Below are positions 29,381 to 39,437 of a DNA stretch of 64,000 nt, piece after piece. Every line of letters begins with the position of its first letter. Within the stretch, counting starts at the first letter, position 1. Origin of the DNA: a virus (Duplodnaviria; Caudoviricetes). A program made the translations under genes and the position numbers. The notes beneath the pieces were generated by a model that was not told the origin of the DNA, made no database searches, and was given only the letters and a program-made list of their open reading frames with translations. The stretch spans positions 1 through 64,000 of IMG/VR virus record IMGVR_UViG_3300020044_010179, one strand, 5' to 3'.

Positions 29381-29803
29381 ATGGGAAGTGTATTAGATTA
29401 TATTGAATGCCCGAATTGCAAATTAGAGGCAATGGATGACTTTTATTACAAAACAGGAGAGGAATATGTAAACTGTGGTAACTGTGGATACCATTACTCA
29501 GCAACAATTAAAAATAGAGAAAAACGATTGGATCTATTAACTGATAAAGATTGGAAAATTACTGAATTGAAAAAACCATACGGGTCATATAGAATAAAAT
29601 CATATGATGGAGTTGGGTATTTAGGAGGTTCGTTATCAAATAAAAAAGAATTTATTGAATTGAAAACGAATTGCGAAACTGATACAAATATAGAGACTTT
29701 AACAGTTAGTCGTTTTTTAAATGGTAAAATTAAATTTGAAACAGTAATTGATAATGGGCCTAAAGTAGATGGAGCTGGTTTTACAGTTGAAGATAGGGAA
29801 TAG
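29381..29803 (+). CDS. Zn-ribbon protein
   Basis: CPNC...CGNCGY. Confidence 0.65.
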   Translation: MGSVLDYIECPNCKLEAMDDFYYKTGEEYVNCGNCGYHYSATIKNREKRLDLLTDKDWKITELKKPYGSYRIKSYDGVGYLGGSLSNKKEFIELKTNCETDTNIETLTVSRFLNGKIKFETVIDNGPKVDGAGFTVEDRE

Positions 29804-29853
29804 AAGATATAAAAGAAATTTCGTATATTAAGGTATAAATAAAGAAAGAAATT

Positions 29854-32800
29854 ATGTCAGAAGTTAAATTAGAAAAAGTTACATTTGAGTTCACTCAAGA
29901 AGAACATTGTTGTTCAAGTGATATGGATGGAATAGAGTTACTTACAATTGAATGCACATCAGATTTGGGCATTACAAATACAGAAGGAGCATATTTTGTT
30001 TTGAAAACAGAACAATGGGCCATTAATGACATTGATGAGTTAAAACTATTATTTGACAAAATTGAACAAGCTATAAACATAGTAAAATAGAGAAGCTATG
30101 ACAGAAAAGGAATTAAGAGAAACATGGGAAAAATATCAATCCACAGCACATCCAGAAGACATGATGTCGTATGTTGAATTTTTAAGTGAACAAGGAATAG
30201 AATTAGAAGATTAATTTTCGTATATTACAGTATAAATAAAAAAAGAAAAATTATGTCAACAAGATCAAGAATAGGAATTGAAAACCAAGACGGAACAACT
30301 ACATCAATTTATTGCCATTTTGATGGCATGATAGATGGTGTTGGAGCAGTATTACAGAAACACTACACTAATCGTTCAAAAGTAGAACAATTAATAGCAT
30401 TAGGGAGTATTTCATACATAGCAGAAAATGTAAATCCAACAGGTGAACATAGCTTTGCTCAACCTGAAAAAGGTGTTGTAGTTGCCTATCACCGTGATAG
30501 AGGTGAACCATTTGATCAGCAAATAAATCAAAGTGTTCCTAACCTATTTAATTGTATCTATCAATCATGTGAAGAATTAATATATTGCTTTACTAAAGAT
30601 AACATTTGGTTAGTTTCAGATCTTCGTGTACATCGTAGTCCAGTAGTTGATTTAAAAGTAGCAATTGAGGAAGGGCTTTAACAAAAGCTCTTTCGTATAT
30701 TATAGTATAAATAAAGGTTATGAAAAAGAAAGATATTATTGAATTATTACAAAACAAAGAAGCAGTAGCTTATTTAGATCTACAACAGTACAACGACAAT
30801 TTTGGTGCTGATCATCGATACACAACACTATCAAGACGAACATGGGGTGTTTTAGTAGAAATAATGGCAGAAATGAAAATCAAACCAAACATGGAATTAG
30901 AAGCAAATAAACAAGCTCAAGAAATGGTTTTAGACAGATATAAAAGAGAATATCTACAAAGATGAAACAAGGTGACAAAGTAAAATGCATATCATACTCA
31001 GGTGTTTGGACGTTGGTGTGGTATAAAGAAGGCGACACAACGTGTGCTATTCAAAATGAAACCCGACGTTACGTTGTTAAAACATCTACTTTAACCTTAG
31101 TAAAGGAATAAGAGATACAAAAGAGAATTCGTATATTACAGTATAAATAAATTTAAAAAAAGAAAAAAGTTATGAAAATTACAAGCAAAACATTAATGGT
31201 AGGCTTCCAAACAGAAGTAAAATTAGGCAATAATGATGCAATTGAGTTAACATTAATACATCAGGCATATATTAGTAGAGATAAGCTAGGTGGATTATCT
31301 GTTGATTTAGATTTAGGTATAGATATTGATAATGTAAAATTTCTAGGAATAGATATTGAATCGGATTATACATCATTTAAACAATTCAAAGCACAACTAT
31401 TAGAATTAGGAATTGATTTGAATAAATTAATTGAAGAAAAAGAAGCAGAGTTAATTACTAATGGAATAGAAAACGAATTAAAATTATTATTTAGAAATAA
31501 CGAATTATAGTAAAGGACGAAGGAGCATAAGCTCCTTTTCGTATATTACAGTATAAATAAATTTAAAAAAAGAAAAAAGTTATGAAAAAAGAAAATTTAA
31601 TTGAACAATTAAACGCAGCAAAGGCATTATCATCACAAGTTGATATTGATAAAGTAATTGAATTGATTAAGCAAATCGAAACAGGAGGACTTACAGCAGA
31701 ACTAGCTGAGGAGATTGCAGATCAGATCGAAAGATCATTGGATAACAATTCATTGAATGATTTGGTTGATTGTGATAGTGCAGAATTTGAAATAAACTAT
31801 GATAACCGAGTTGAATTGATAGCCGCGGATGTTAATGTGTCAGGAATCATGGATCATGTTACTGCCTGCTTAGACAAGTTTATCCAGAAGGAAGAAAAAG
31901 ATTTACAAGTTGAAGCATATAATGAAAACTTTGGATCAGAACAAAATGAAGATTAATAAAATAAGTAAAGGAAGCCCTCAATTAAGAGGGCTTTCGTATA
32001 TTAAAGTATAAATAAAGAAATTAATATAAATTTAAAAAAAGAAAAAAGTTATGACAAAGTTAAATGGATTTGAATCACATGCAATTATTACAGGATTAGA
32101 AATTTATAAAAATACATTAAAGCAAGAAATAGCAAATGCAGAAGCAGCTGGTAAAAGGCCGTTTATGACACAAGGATTTGTTGATATGCAAATTGACGAA
32201 GTGATTGGTAAAATCAAACTAATGACTAAGAAAGATAGATTTGCTGTTACCAACCGCAATTAAACTATCCTAAATATATAAATTATGGAAGATCTACAAA
32301 CCTATTTAAAGGAACTTGTTAATGAAGGCATTATACAAAATGATGTAAAGGACGAGATATTGTTTTTGGTAAAAAAGCTAATTAAGGAATAAGCTTATTA
32401 AATTAAATTTCGTATATTACAGTATAAATAAAGAAAATAAAAGAAAAAGTTATGAGCAAATTCAAAGAATTAAGATTAAACGCACCTAAATTAACTATTA
32501 AAGAAGGAGCAAGGGAAGTAATATTCAAAACAATATCATGTATGTGTGATAATGTTGGACATTTAAGATTTAAGAAAAACAGTGATGGTGATTTTAAACT
32601 AGATGGTAACGGATTTGCAGTATCAAATTGGCAAATGAAAAATGAAAAATATGAAATTGAATGGACCGCAGATGAAGGTGGATGGGATAAAGTGATAAGA
32701 ATGATTAACTCAGGCACATCAGCAATCGAATCAGTAATAAGTAGATAATAAATAAAAAGAAAAATTATGTTTAAAACAATTAAATTGACATCATTTCACA

Positions 32801-33402
32801 CCAAAACACCTATCTACATAAATGTGGAAATGATAGGAGACTTATCAGAGGTAGAAGAAAAAGACTTTAACCGTGAGCCAAAAAAATACACCAGTATAGG
32901 ACACCTAACACATAACAATGGTGGATTTAAAGTAATTGAAAGTGTAGAGGAAGTATTTAAAAGAATCAAAGCAGAGGAATAAGCTATTTAAAAGATATTT
33001 CGTATATTATAGCATAAATAAAGAAAATAAAAAGATATGTATAGTTTAGATTGTAGTTATTACACAGCAGAATTTGAGACATTAGATGAATTAATAGAGG
33101 CTGTAATGTATAGTGGAATGGATCCAAGTTACGAGGTAACATTTAATGGAGAAGGCATTGGGGAACAAATAAGTGATTATTTAATGTATTAAAAAGAAAG
33201 CATGAAACAAACAGCAGTAGAATGGTTGATAGAAATATTTAAAATTACCAATGTTAAATTATCACATCATACATTAATTATTGAACAAGCTAAAGAAATG
33301 GAGAAAGAGCAGATAAAAAATGCCTGGTTAAATTCATTAACTAAAGGTGATTACAATTCATCAGAAGAATACTATAACGAAACATTTAATAAAAAAACAT
33401 GA
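29854..33402 (+). CDS. Run of small cassette-headed hypothetical ORFs (29854, 30253, 30720, 31172, 31582, 32051, 32452, 32767, 33202 and shorter ones)
   Basis: Each begins just after a TTCGTATATT cassette or a coupled stop. 30253-30681 (MSTRSRIG..YCHFDG) resembles a widespread phage hypothetical family. Confidence 0.6.
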
Positions 33403-33859
33403 AAGAAGGATTAGAGAGATTATTAAAAGAAACTATAAAAATGATAGAGGAGATTAGAGAAATACCTAACGGAGATTATAAAACAGGATATATCCAGGCA
33501 TTACTAAATACAAAATCATTATTAGAATATGAACTAGCTATAGTGGAAAATTAAATGAATAAACGTGTATAAAACGCAAAACATTAATTAACATAGGGAC
33601 TATCAAAATTAAGGAGATTATCGTATATTAACGTATAAAAAGAGATTAACGTATGACAAGTAGATCAACATGGGGAACGAAGATTATCAACAGGGATATT
33701 ATTAGAATGAAAATCGTTAATGGTATGTGGAAAATGGGAAACGCAATGGATATTGTAAGGAATTGTTGGGGATAACCCTTCCATGCAGCAGCCACGCACC
33801 TTTACATGTCTTTCCAAAAGTATATACAAAACTTGTGAACATAACGTGAACATAGTGGA

Positions 33860-33936
33860 AAAAAATTAAAAGAATGTTAAAAAGAAATTAAAAAAATATT
33901 AAAAAAAATTGGGATACCTGGGATATTTCGTATCTT
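33860..33936 (+). promoter_or_regulatory. Promoter variant (TTCGTATCTT) with phased A-tracts upstream
   Basis: A-tracts end in TT at 33866, 33877, 33888, 33899 and 33909 (11,11,11,10-bp period); -10-like TATCTT at 33931. Confidence 0.65.
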
Positions 33937-33942
33937 ACCATA

Positions 33943-34185
33943 TGTATTAATGAGTACGATGGTATCTCCCGCAATGGAAATAGAAACGGGCAACGCAACA
34001 GCTTTAGGACACAGAAAGGCGCCACTTAGTAAACAAAACGCAGTAGAAACATCAGTATTCGTGTGTGAATGAGTATGTAAGGCGATCATTGAAAACTTCA
34101 CACCGCGATTATAGCCAAACGTGGCGCTTGGATTATAAAGTAAAAAAGCTTGCACAAGAGATGTAGGCTATCGTTCTGCTTAAGG
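33943..34185 (+). ncRNA. Candidate multi-stem non-coding RNA of about 240 nt
   Basis: Nested helices AGCTTT/AAAGCT, AGGCGCCAC/GTGGCGCTT and GTGTGAA/TTCACAC, plus pseudoknot ATAGCC/GGCTAT. GC-richer than the flanks. Confidence 0.55.
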
Positions 34186-35022
34186 ACTAAGTTTATTAAA
34201 TGAGAATTCGTATATTATAGCATAAATAAGAAAAATATAAACTATGAATGAATTAACTGATGAACGTTATGATGTAATTGATAAACTTGCTATTGAAAGT
34301 GAATTAATAGAGTTTTTCAATTCAGTTGAAAAAATACAAAACACATTAATGAAGAATAACATTGAAGCAAAAGAACAATATGAATATCTATTGACTTTGA
34401 TGATTAATCAGTGTTAAGGAATAAGTAAAACAAATTATAATTCGTATATTATATTATAAATAAAGAGACATATGATAAATTGGACAGAAGAGCAATTGAA
34501 AGAAAAAATGAAAGAATATATCACTAAAGCAGATGATACTAGTAATGGATATCATGATAGAGATGTATTTAGAAGAATGTATTACTATTACAAGTCATTA
34601 TTAATGGATAAACAAAATGAAAACAATTGAAGTAACTATTCAGGAAATACAAGCCGCAACACGTCCAAACGTGTATAGGAATAGAAAAAAATACACTAGA
34701 AAAGATAAATACAGGAATAAGAGTATTGAAAATTAATTCGTATATTTCAGTATAAATAAATAAAGAAACATATGAAAAAAGTTGTAGTTATATTAAAAAA
34801 TCGTTTTACAGAATTAAACGAAGAATTGTTTTTATTAGAAAATAAAACAATAGTAAATCAAGAAACATTTGAAGAAATTTGCGAACAGAATTATTTTATA
34901 AATTCGGATGTGATGGCATGTTTTTATAAGAGTTGGTTTGGGAATAAGTAAATCAAATTATAGTTCGTATATTGTAGTATAAATAAAGAAAATAAATAAT
35001 TAAATTAAAAAAAGAAAAAGTT

Positions 35023-35343
35023 ATGAAAAGTGAAGTTAAAAGTGTAAAATTAGGACGTCCTGTAAATGTAAACAGTGTAAGACAAATTCGTTTAAATGAA
35101 CTAGAGTTAAAACGTAGTAACGGAGAGTTAAAACGAGGACGTCCAGTAGTTGAAAATAGTGAACGTCAATTAAGACTAGCTAAACAAGCAGAAAATAAAG
35201 CAAACGGTATAGGTCAAGGACGTCCAGTTAATTTGAACAGTGCAAGACAGATACGATTAGCGGAATTGGAAGCAAAGCGTGAATTAGGAATATGTTTTAG
35301 AGGCCGTCCAAAGCAAATTAAAGGTGATGAGTTAGCTGCATAA
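35023..35343 (+). CDS. Basic GRP-repeat (AT-hook-like) protein
   Basis: Three GRPVxxNSxRQxRL repeats plus RGRPK. Confidence 0.7.
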   Translation: MKSEVKSVKLGRPVNVNSVRQIRLNELELKRSNGELKRGRPVVENSERQLRLAKQAENKANGIGQGRPVNLNSARQIRLAELEAKRELGICFRGRPKQIKGDELAA

Positions 35344-35517
35344 GCTAACTTTACCTATTCAATCAATTAATTAATTTAAAAAAAAAGTAAATGACAAAAG
35401 TAATTTTCGTGACTTGGGGTGTGATGTTGAGTTCAGTATTAATGTATGGTGTGATTGTGGGAATAGTAAATTTGATATTAAGTTCGTATATTGGTGTATA
35501 ATTAAAAAATATAAGTT

Positions 35518-35788
35518 ATGATAGGAACAATTGTTTATGTAAGTTTGTTATTGAATGTAGTATTAATTTTAAAAGTAATAAGCAAATGATAGGTGTAGGA
35601 GTATGTATTGGTTTAGCAATGTTGTTAACGGGATTTAAGTTAATTTTAATGAGTTTATTTTCATGAGTAAGAAAGAAATTGATGCGTTGTTGATGATGGC
35701 GTTTTTACTAGAGCAAGAATTGGCTTGTGAGATTGTGTATGCACCTCACTACCTGAAATTTGAACACTCGATCATATGGGCTAATTAA
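35518..35788 (+). CDS. Three translationally coupled micro-ORFs (35518-35589, 35586-35666, 35663-35788); the first two are single-TM-like
   Basis: ATGA overlaps; MIGTIVYVSLLLNVVLILKVISK and MIGVGVCIGLAMLLTGFKLILMSLFS. Confidence 0.5.
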
Positions 35789-36001
35789 TGGAAATAGAGA
35801 TCATAACTCAGGTTCGTATATTGTGGTATAATTAAAAATGATAAGATATGAAATTTAGAATTCAAAGTAGTTACGGTCAACATTTAAAAGATTTGATCAA
35901 AGCATTCAATGGTGGTTTAATCTCATTTGACGAGATGTGTGAGTTGAACCAGTACACAATTGATAAGGTAAACATTGGTATAATAAGTAAAAAATAAAGA
36001 C

Positions 36002-36597
36002 ATGACAGCTGTAGAATTTGGATTAGCATATATTGGATTTGAGGGGTTTGGTAAGATCAAGGATATTAATTTTGCGGATGAATTATGGGGTGAGGAGATC
36101 AGTGATGGTCTTACCATTCGAGGTATTGATTTTGAGGATGGTCTGGTTAATTTAGGCACATTGGTAGAATATCCATGTGGTGGGGAGTGTTGTGGAACAT
36201 ATTGGGAGGCTGAGGAGTATAATTTAGACCAATTGGCAAGTAAAGGTCACTTAGGTAAATTGATTGATATGATGGATGATATATTAACGGTTAAAACGGG
36301 AATATAATTATTAAGATCTGATTCGTATATTGTGGTATAAATAAGATAAGACATATGATGAAAAAAGTAGACATGATTAAAACGATTCAATTGGCAGAAG
36401 CAAGAGCTTGGTTAGTACTTAAAGAATCTCAAGTAACACTTGGTAAAGATAATCCCGTAACTCAAGAGCTTAAAGAACGGTGGATGACACTTAAATGTCT
36501 AATGGGATCTTTAGATATAGACTCAGATGTTGAGTTGGCAGAATCAAAAGCCGCGCTTCAACTTATATTAGATAACTATAAAAGTACAATGTACTAG
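36002..36597 (+). CDS. Two hypothetical proteins (36002-36307, 36355-36597)
   Basis: Co-oriented ORFs; the second is behind the cassette at 36322. Confidence 0.55.
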
Positions 36598-36618
36598 AAG
36601 TACGATATAGAATCGGTG

Positions 36619-36640
36619 GCTCGCGGTTGGCGGGCTTTCG
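36619..36640 (+). terminator. Hairpin GCTCGC-GGTTG-GCGGGC-TTTCG
   Basis: 6-bp stem plus TTT, flanked by the direct repeat TCGGTGGCT. Confidence 0.45.
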
Positions 36641-36819
36641 GTGGCTATGAGAATGGATGAATTTATAAAGCAGAACAGAGACCGGATCTATAATATAGAC
36701 GGTAACCTAGATGAGGGTGATATCTCAGTTATGGGAGATGATATGGTGTTAACCTTTTACTATTTTAAAGATGGTGTGCTGGTAGGATCCAAACGCAACA
36801 CCCCACCATGGTAAGACCC

Positions 36820-36980
36820 TGGTATAAGGATGGCGGGCGGTACGGCGTATGGCGGTATATATATGGGCGTAATATGGTCGTATGGCCCCACGCGCGCCGG
36901 TGTCAATATGGCGCGTGGTGTGGTGGTCCGCGAATTATATGGCTTCACTCATCGACTACAACTCTTCACCCATCGACATT
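36820..36980. repeat. GC-rich element with six TATGG repeats, an 8-bp inverted repeat and two 14-bp direct repeats
   Basis: TATGG at 36848, 36862, 36873, 36881, 36907 and 36938; CCACGCGC/GCGCGTGG; CTTCAC(T/C)CATCGAC at 36943 and 36964. Confidence 0.75.
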
Positions 36981-37313
36981 GTATATCCTTATATATTAAA
37001 ATAAAGCATCCCCACAATGTATCCCAAATTTCAAAAGCGATAAAAAATGCAAAAATCCAAAAATTCCAAATCTTTCTTTTCAAAAAAAATGCGTGTCTAT
37101 AACAAGATATATATGTATATTAAACGAATACCATGATATACAGAATAATTAAAATACCATTTTATCTTACATTAGGCTATATTGGAATCCTACTTTGTGG
37201 AGGAATGTCTATAATTGAAATGTTTAAACACATTTTTCAATACACTAAAGAAGTAAAAATTAAATCTAACAAATCAGACCAGTTTTATTACTAATATATT
37301 TATAATAAAATAA

Positions 37314-37658
37314 ATGGCATCTTACACATACACCCAGTTATACGGATCAGGATCAATTGGTGAAAATTTTACAATTAATGTTCAAAAAACATTTACTTTT
37401 ACAAACCCAAGTGGTTCCTCATATTTTACTATGGAAACTATTCCCTCCTCTAGTGGTTTTTTTGAAGCCAGTTCCCCTAAAAACTTTAGTGGCTCATATG
37501 TAGTTTCAGAATCAATGGGACTAGTTACTTCCTCTTATATAGCTAGTATTGTTGTACAGCCAGGTACCCAAGTATTTAAATTTACTCCAGCAATCACTGT
37601 TACAGGCACTACTTACTACTTAAGAGGCACAGGAGCATATTCTCTTATCATTACTTAA
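37314..37658 (+). CDS. Ser/Thr/Gly-rich putative virion protein
   Basis: Preceded by ATATTTAT (37296); composition like the structural genes downstream. Confidence 0.5.
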   Translation: MASYTYTQLYGSGSIGENFTINVQKTFTFTNPSGSSYFTMETIPSSSGFFEASSPKNFSGSYVVSESMGLVTSSYIASIVVQPGTQVFKFTPAITVTGTTYYLRGTGAYSLIIT

Positions 37659-37726
37659 ATAGATCCTTGGCTCTCTAATCCTTTATTCGTATATTAATTG
37701 TATAAAAATAATTAAAAATAAAGGTC

Positions 37727-37972
37727 ATGAAAGAAGAAAAAATTAAATCACTCAAACAAGAAATTAAAAGCCATTTATTTCCATTAATTTTAAATAGTGG
37801 AATGGCTATTGCTCAAATATTGCTCCTCATTGGATTTAGCAATAGTTGGGAAACATTAATGATATGTGGATCATCATTAATGGTATTTGGATTTGGACTA
37901 ACCGCTACAATCCATGCCCTAGAGATCTCAGATATTAAAAAATCACTAAAATCATATACCGATGGAAAATAA
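37727..37972 (+). CDS. Two-TM membrane protein
   Basis: Two hydrophobic segments; TTGGCT-N17-TATATT promoter upstream. Confidence 0.6.
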   Translation: MKEEKIKSLKQEIKSHLFPLILNSGMAIAQILLLIGFSNSWETLMICGSSLMVFGFGLTATIHALEISDIKKSLKSYTDGK

Positions 37973-38198
37973 AGCATATAAACCCTCAAAAAAGTTAACA
38001 ACCGCAGATGGTACTATAATGTACACGTTTGATGGTAAACTACACAATTGGGAAGGACCCGCTCTTATACCTGAGGGTAATAACCGTAAACGGGAATATT
38101 ATATAAATGGAATCAAATATACGGAGGAGAAGTGGAAAGAAATGTTACAAAGCAGAGAAGGCTTACCATGGTATAAAGGTTCCGGAGCTAGATTTTAA
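37962..38198 (+). CDS. Hypothetical protein with LHxxxGPA phage repeat motif
   Basis: GKLHNWEGPALI...EYYING. Confidence 0.6.
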   Translation: MENKAYKPSKKLTTADGTIMYTFDGKLHNWEGPALIPEGNNRKREYYINGIKYTEEKWKEMLQSREGLPWYKGSGARF

Positions 38199-38201
38199 GT
38201 T

Positions 38202-38654
38202 ATGGAACGTTTAACTGAAGAAGAAGCTAAAGAATTTATTCCTTGTTCGGAAGATTACTCAAATAACCCCCCTGCATATTTTACTATTAAAACATCAAGT
38301 GATGGTTGGGACGAATTAACGTATTACACGTGTAAAAAACGAGGTCTATTCGTTGGACGCGAGGGTGATGAATGGGTTTATATCTTATCTAATCCCGCAA
38401 TTCCTAATATGGTTAAAATAGGTTATACCTCAAAATCCCCACTTGAGAGAGCACATCAAATTTCACGTGGGACGGGTGTGCCCTTGGGGTTTGAAGTTGA
38501 GTGGGCTTATAAGTGTTATAAAGGAGAGCGCATAGAAAAAGAAGTTCACAAGTATTTTAAAAAGCAAATGGTTAACACCCAAAAAGAATTTTTTCGAGTT
38601 ACCCTAGAGGAAGCTAAAAATATTATTGAAAAAATAGGAAAAAAATACATTTAA
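38202..38654 (+). CDS. T5orf172/MUG113-type GIY-YIG domain protein
   Basis: WVYILSNPAIPNMVKIGYT, EKEVHK and EFF. Confidence 0.75.
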   Translation: MERLTEEEAKEFIPCSEDYSNNPPAYFTIKTSSDGWDELTYYTCKKRGLFVGREGDEWVYILSNPAIPNMVKIGYTSKSPLERAHQISRGTGVPLGFEVEWAYKCYKGERIEKEVHKYFKKQMVNTQKEFFRVTLEEAKNIIEKIGKKYI

Positions 38655-38722
38655 TATTTATTTATGATTAATCAACATATTAACACGTGGATTTAATTTT
38701 AAAATAATATATACATATAAGT

Positions 38723-39163
38723 ATGTCAATTAATGGAATATTTGCTATGTTTGGGTTTCCTGATGATGGAACAGATAAAGAAACTGGAAAGATTTTAGAT
38801 GATATAAGTGAATATAAGGATTCTCCTCATTTTAAACTTGGTATGTTTAAAAAATTAATCATGAATGGTACTGTATTTAAAAAGCAGGTTTTGAAATTCT
38901 TTTCTAAATCTGATCCTGAATTAGATATGAAAGGGGTTGATGACGCTGGAGAATATATGATGTATACAAGAGCATATTATTGGATTCAAAGTTGTAAAGT
39001 TAAAAATAAAGAATGGAAACTTGCTTTAAGTAATTATGCAAATGATGAGTTTCTTGTTGCGGTAAAATTGTCTATTAATTACTTTGAAAGTACCGAAGAG
39101 TATGAAAAATGTGCTTTTCTTAAAAAAATACAAGATTTTATTGAAAAATGCTTGGCTAAGTAA
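38723..39163 (+). CDS. Hypothetical protein with C-terminal UVR-like motif
   Basis: FESTEEYEKCAFL. Confidence 0.55.
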   Translation: MSINGIFAMFGFPDDGTDKETGKILDDISEYKDSPHFKLGMFKKLIMNGTVFKKQVLKFFSKSDPELDMKGVDDAGEYMMYTRAYYWIQSCKVKNKEWKLALSNYANDEFLVAVKLSINYFESTEEYEKCAFLKKIQDFIEKCLAK

Positions 39164-39437
39164 AAGAAAGTTATTACCTTTAATCATATTTTGATTTTAA
39201 AATGGTTGAAATATATAGATAAAAATTAAATAATCAAATCAAATAAAATAAAATGAAAAATAAAGAATTATTATTGAGACGGATGGAGTCTATTGAAAAC
39301 CGATTAAAAGTTTTAAGAAATGCTTTGAACGAAAGAGATCTTGAAAAAGCAAAATTAGTATTACAAGAAGTATTAGAATTGAGAGAAGACGCTCAATCAA
39401 TTGTTGAAAGAGAAAATTAATAAATTAAATAAAAGTT

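Larger units (their letters stand above)
22056..36360 (+). promoter_or_regulatory. Array of repeated promoter/leader cassettes (AAGGAATAAGAG-N-TTCGTATATT-ANAGTATAAATAAA...AAAAAGAAAAAAGTT-ATG)
   Basis: TTCGTATATT counted by eye at about 22080, 22343, 22582, 23457, 24387, 24877, 25299, 26426, 27173, 27978, 28390, 28947, 29820, 30217, 30692, 31128, 31538, 31993, 32409, 32999, 34207, 34441, 34737, 34964, 35483, 35813 and 36322 (plus 18617 and 37686). All on the + strand, each about 25-55 bp before an ATG. Confidence 0.85.

Noticed and set aside
33960-34010. GGCAACGCAACAGC resembling the c-di-GMP-I riboswitch
   Set aside because: The GNRA tetraloop/receptor and P1 architecture are not found; the similarity is superficial
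33943-34185. tmRNA, RNase P or group I intron identity for the candidate ncRNA
   Set aside because: No tRNA-like ends, no RNase P P4 consensus, no complete P7 R/S elements and no interrupted gene
22056-36360. Repeated TTCGTATATT units as a CRISPR array or integron attC array
   Set aside because: Spacing is irregular (200-1000+ bp) and filled by ORFs, the repeats are degenerate and promoter-shaped, and there are no cas genes, integrase or attC R-box/L-box symmetry
36760-37102. Three overlapping ORFs across the GC-rich element
   Set aside because: Atypical composition, mutual overlap and no leader; better explained by the repeat element. A 55-aa ORF at 36646-36813 is more plausible
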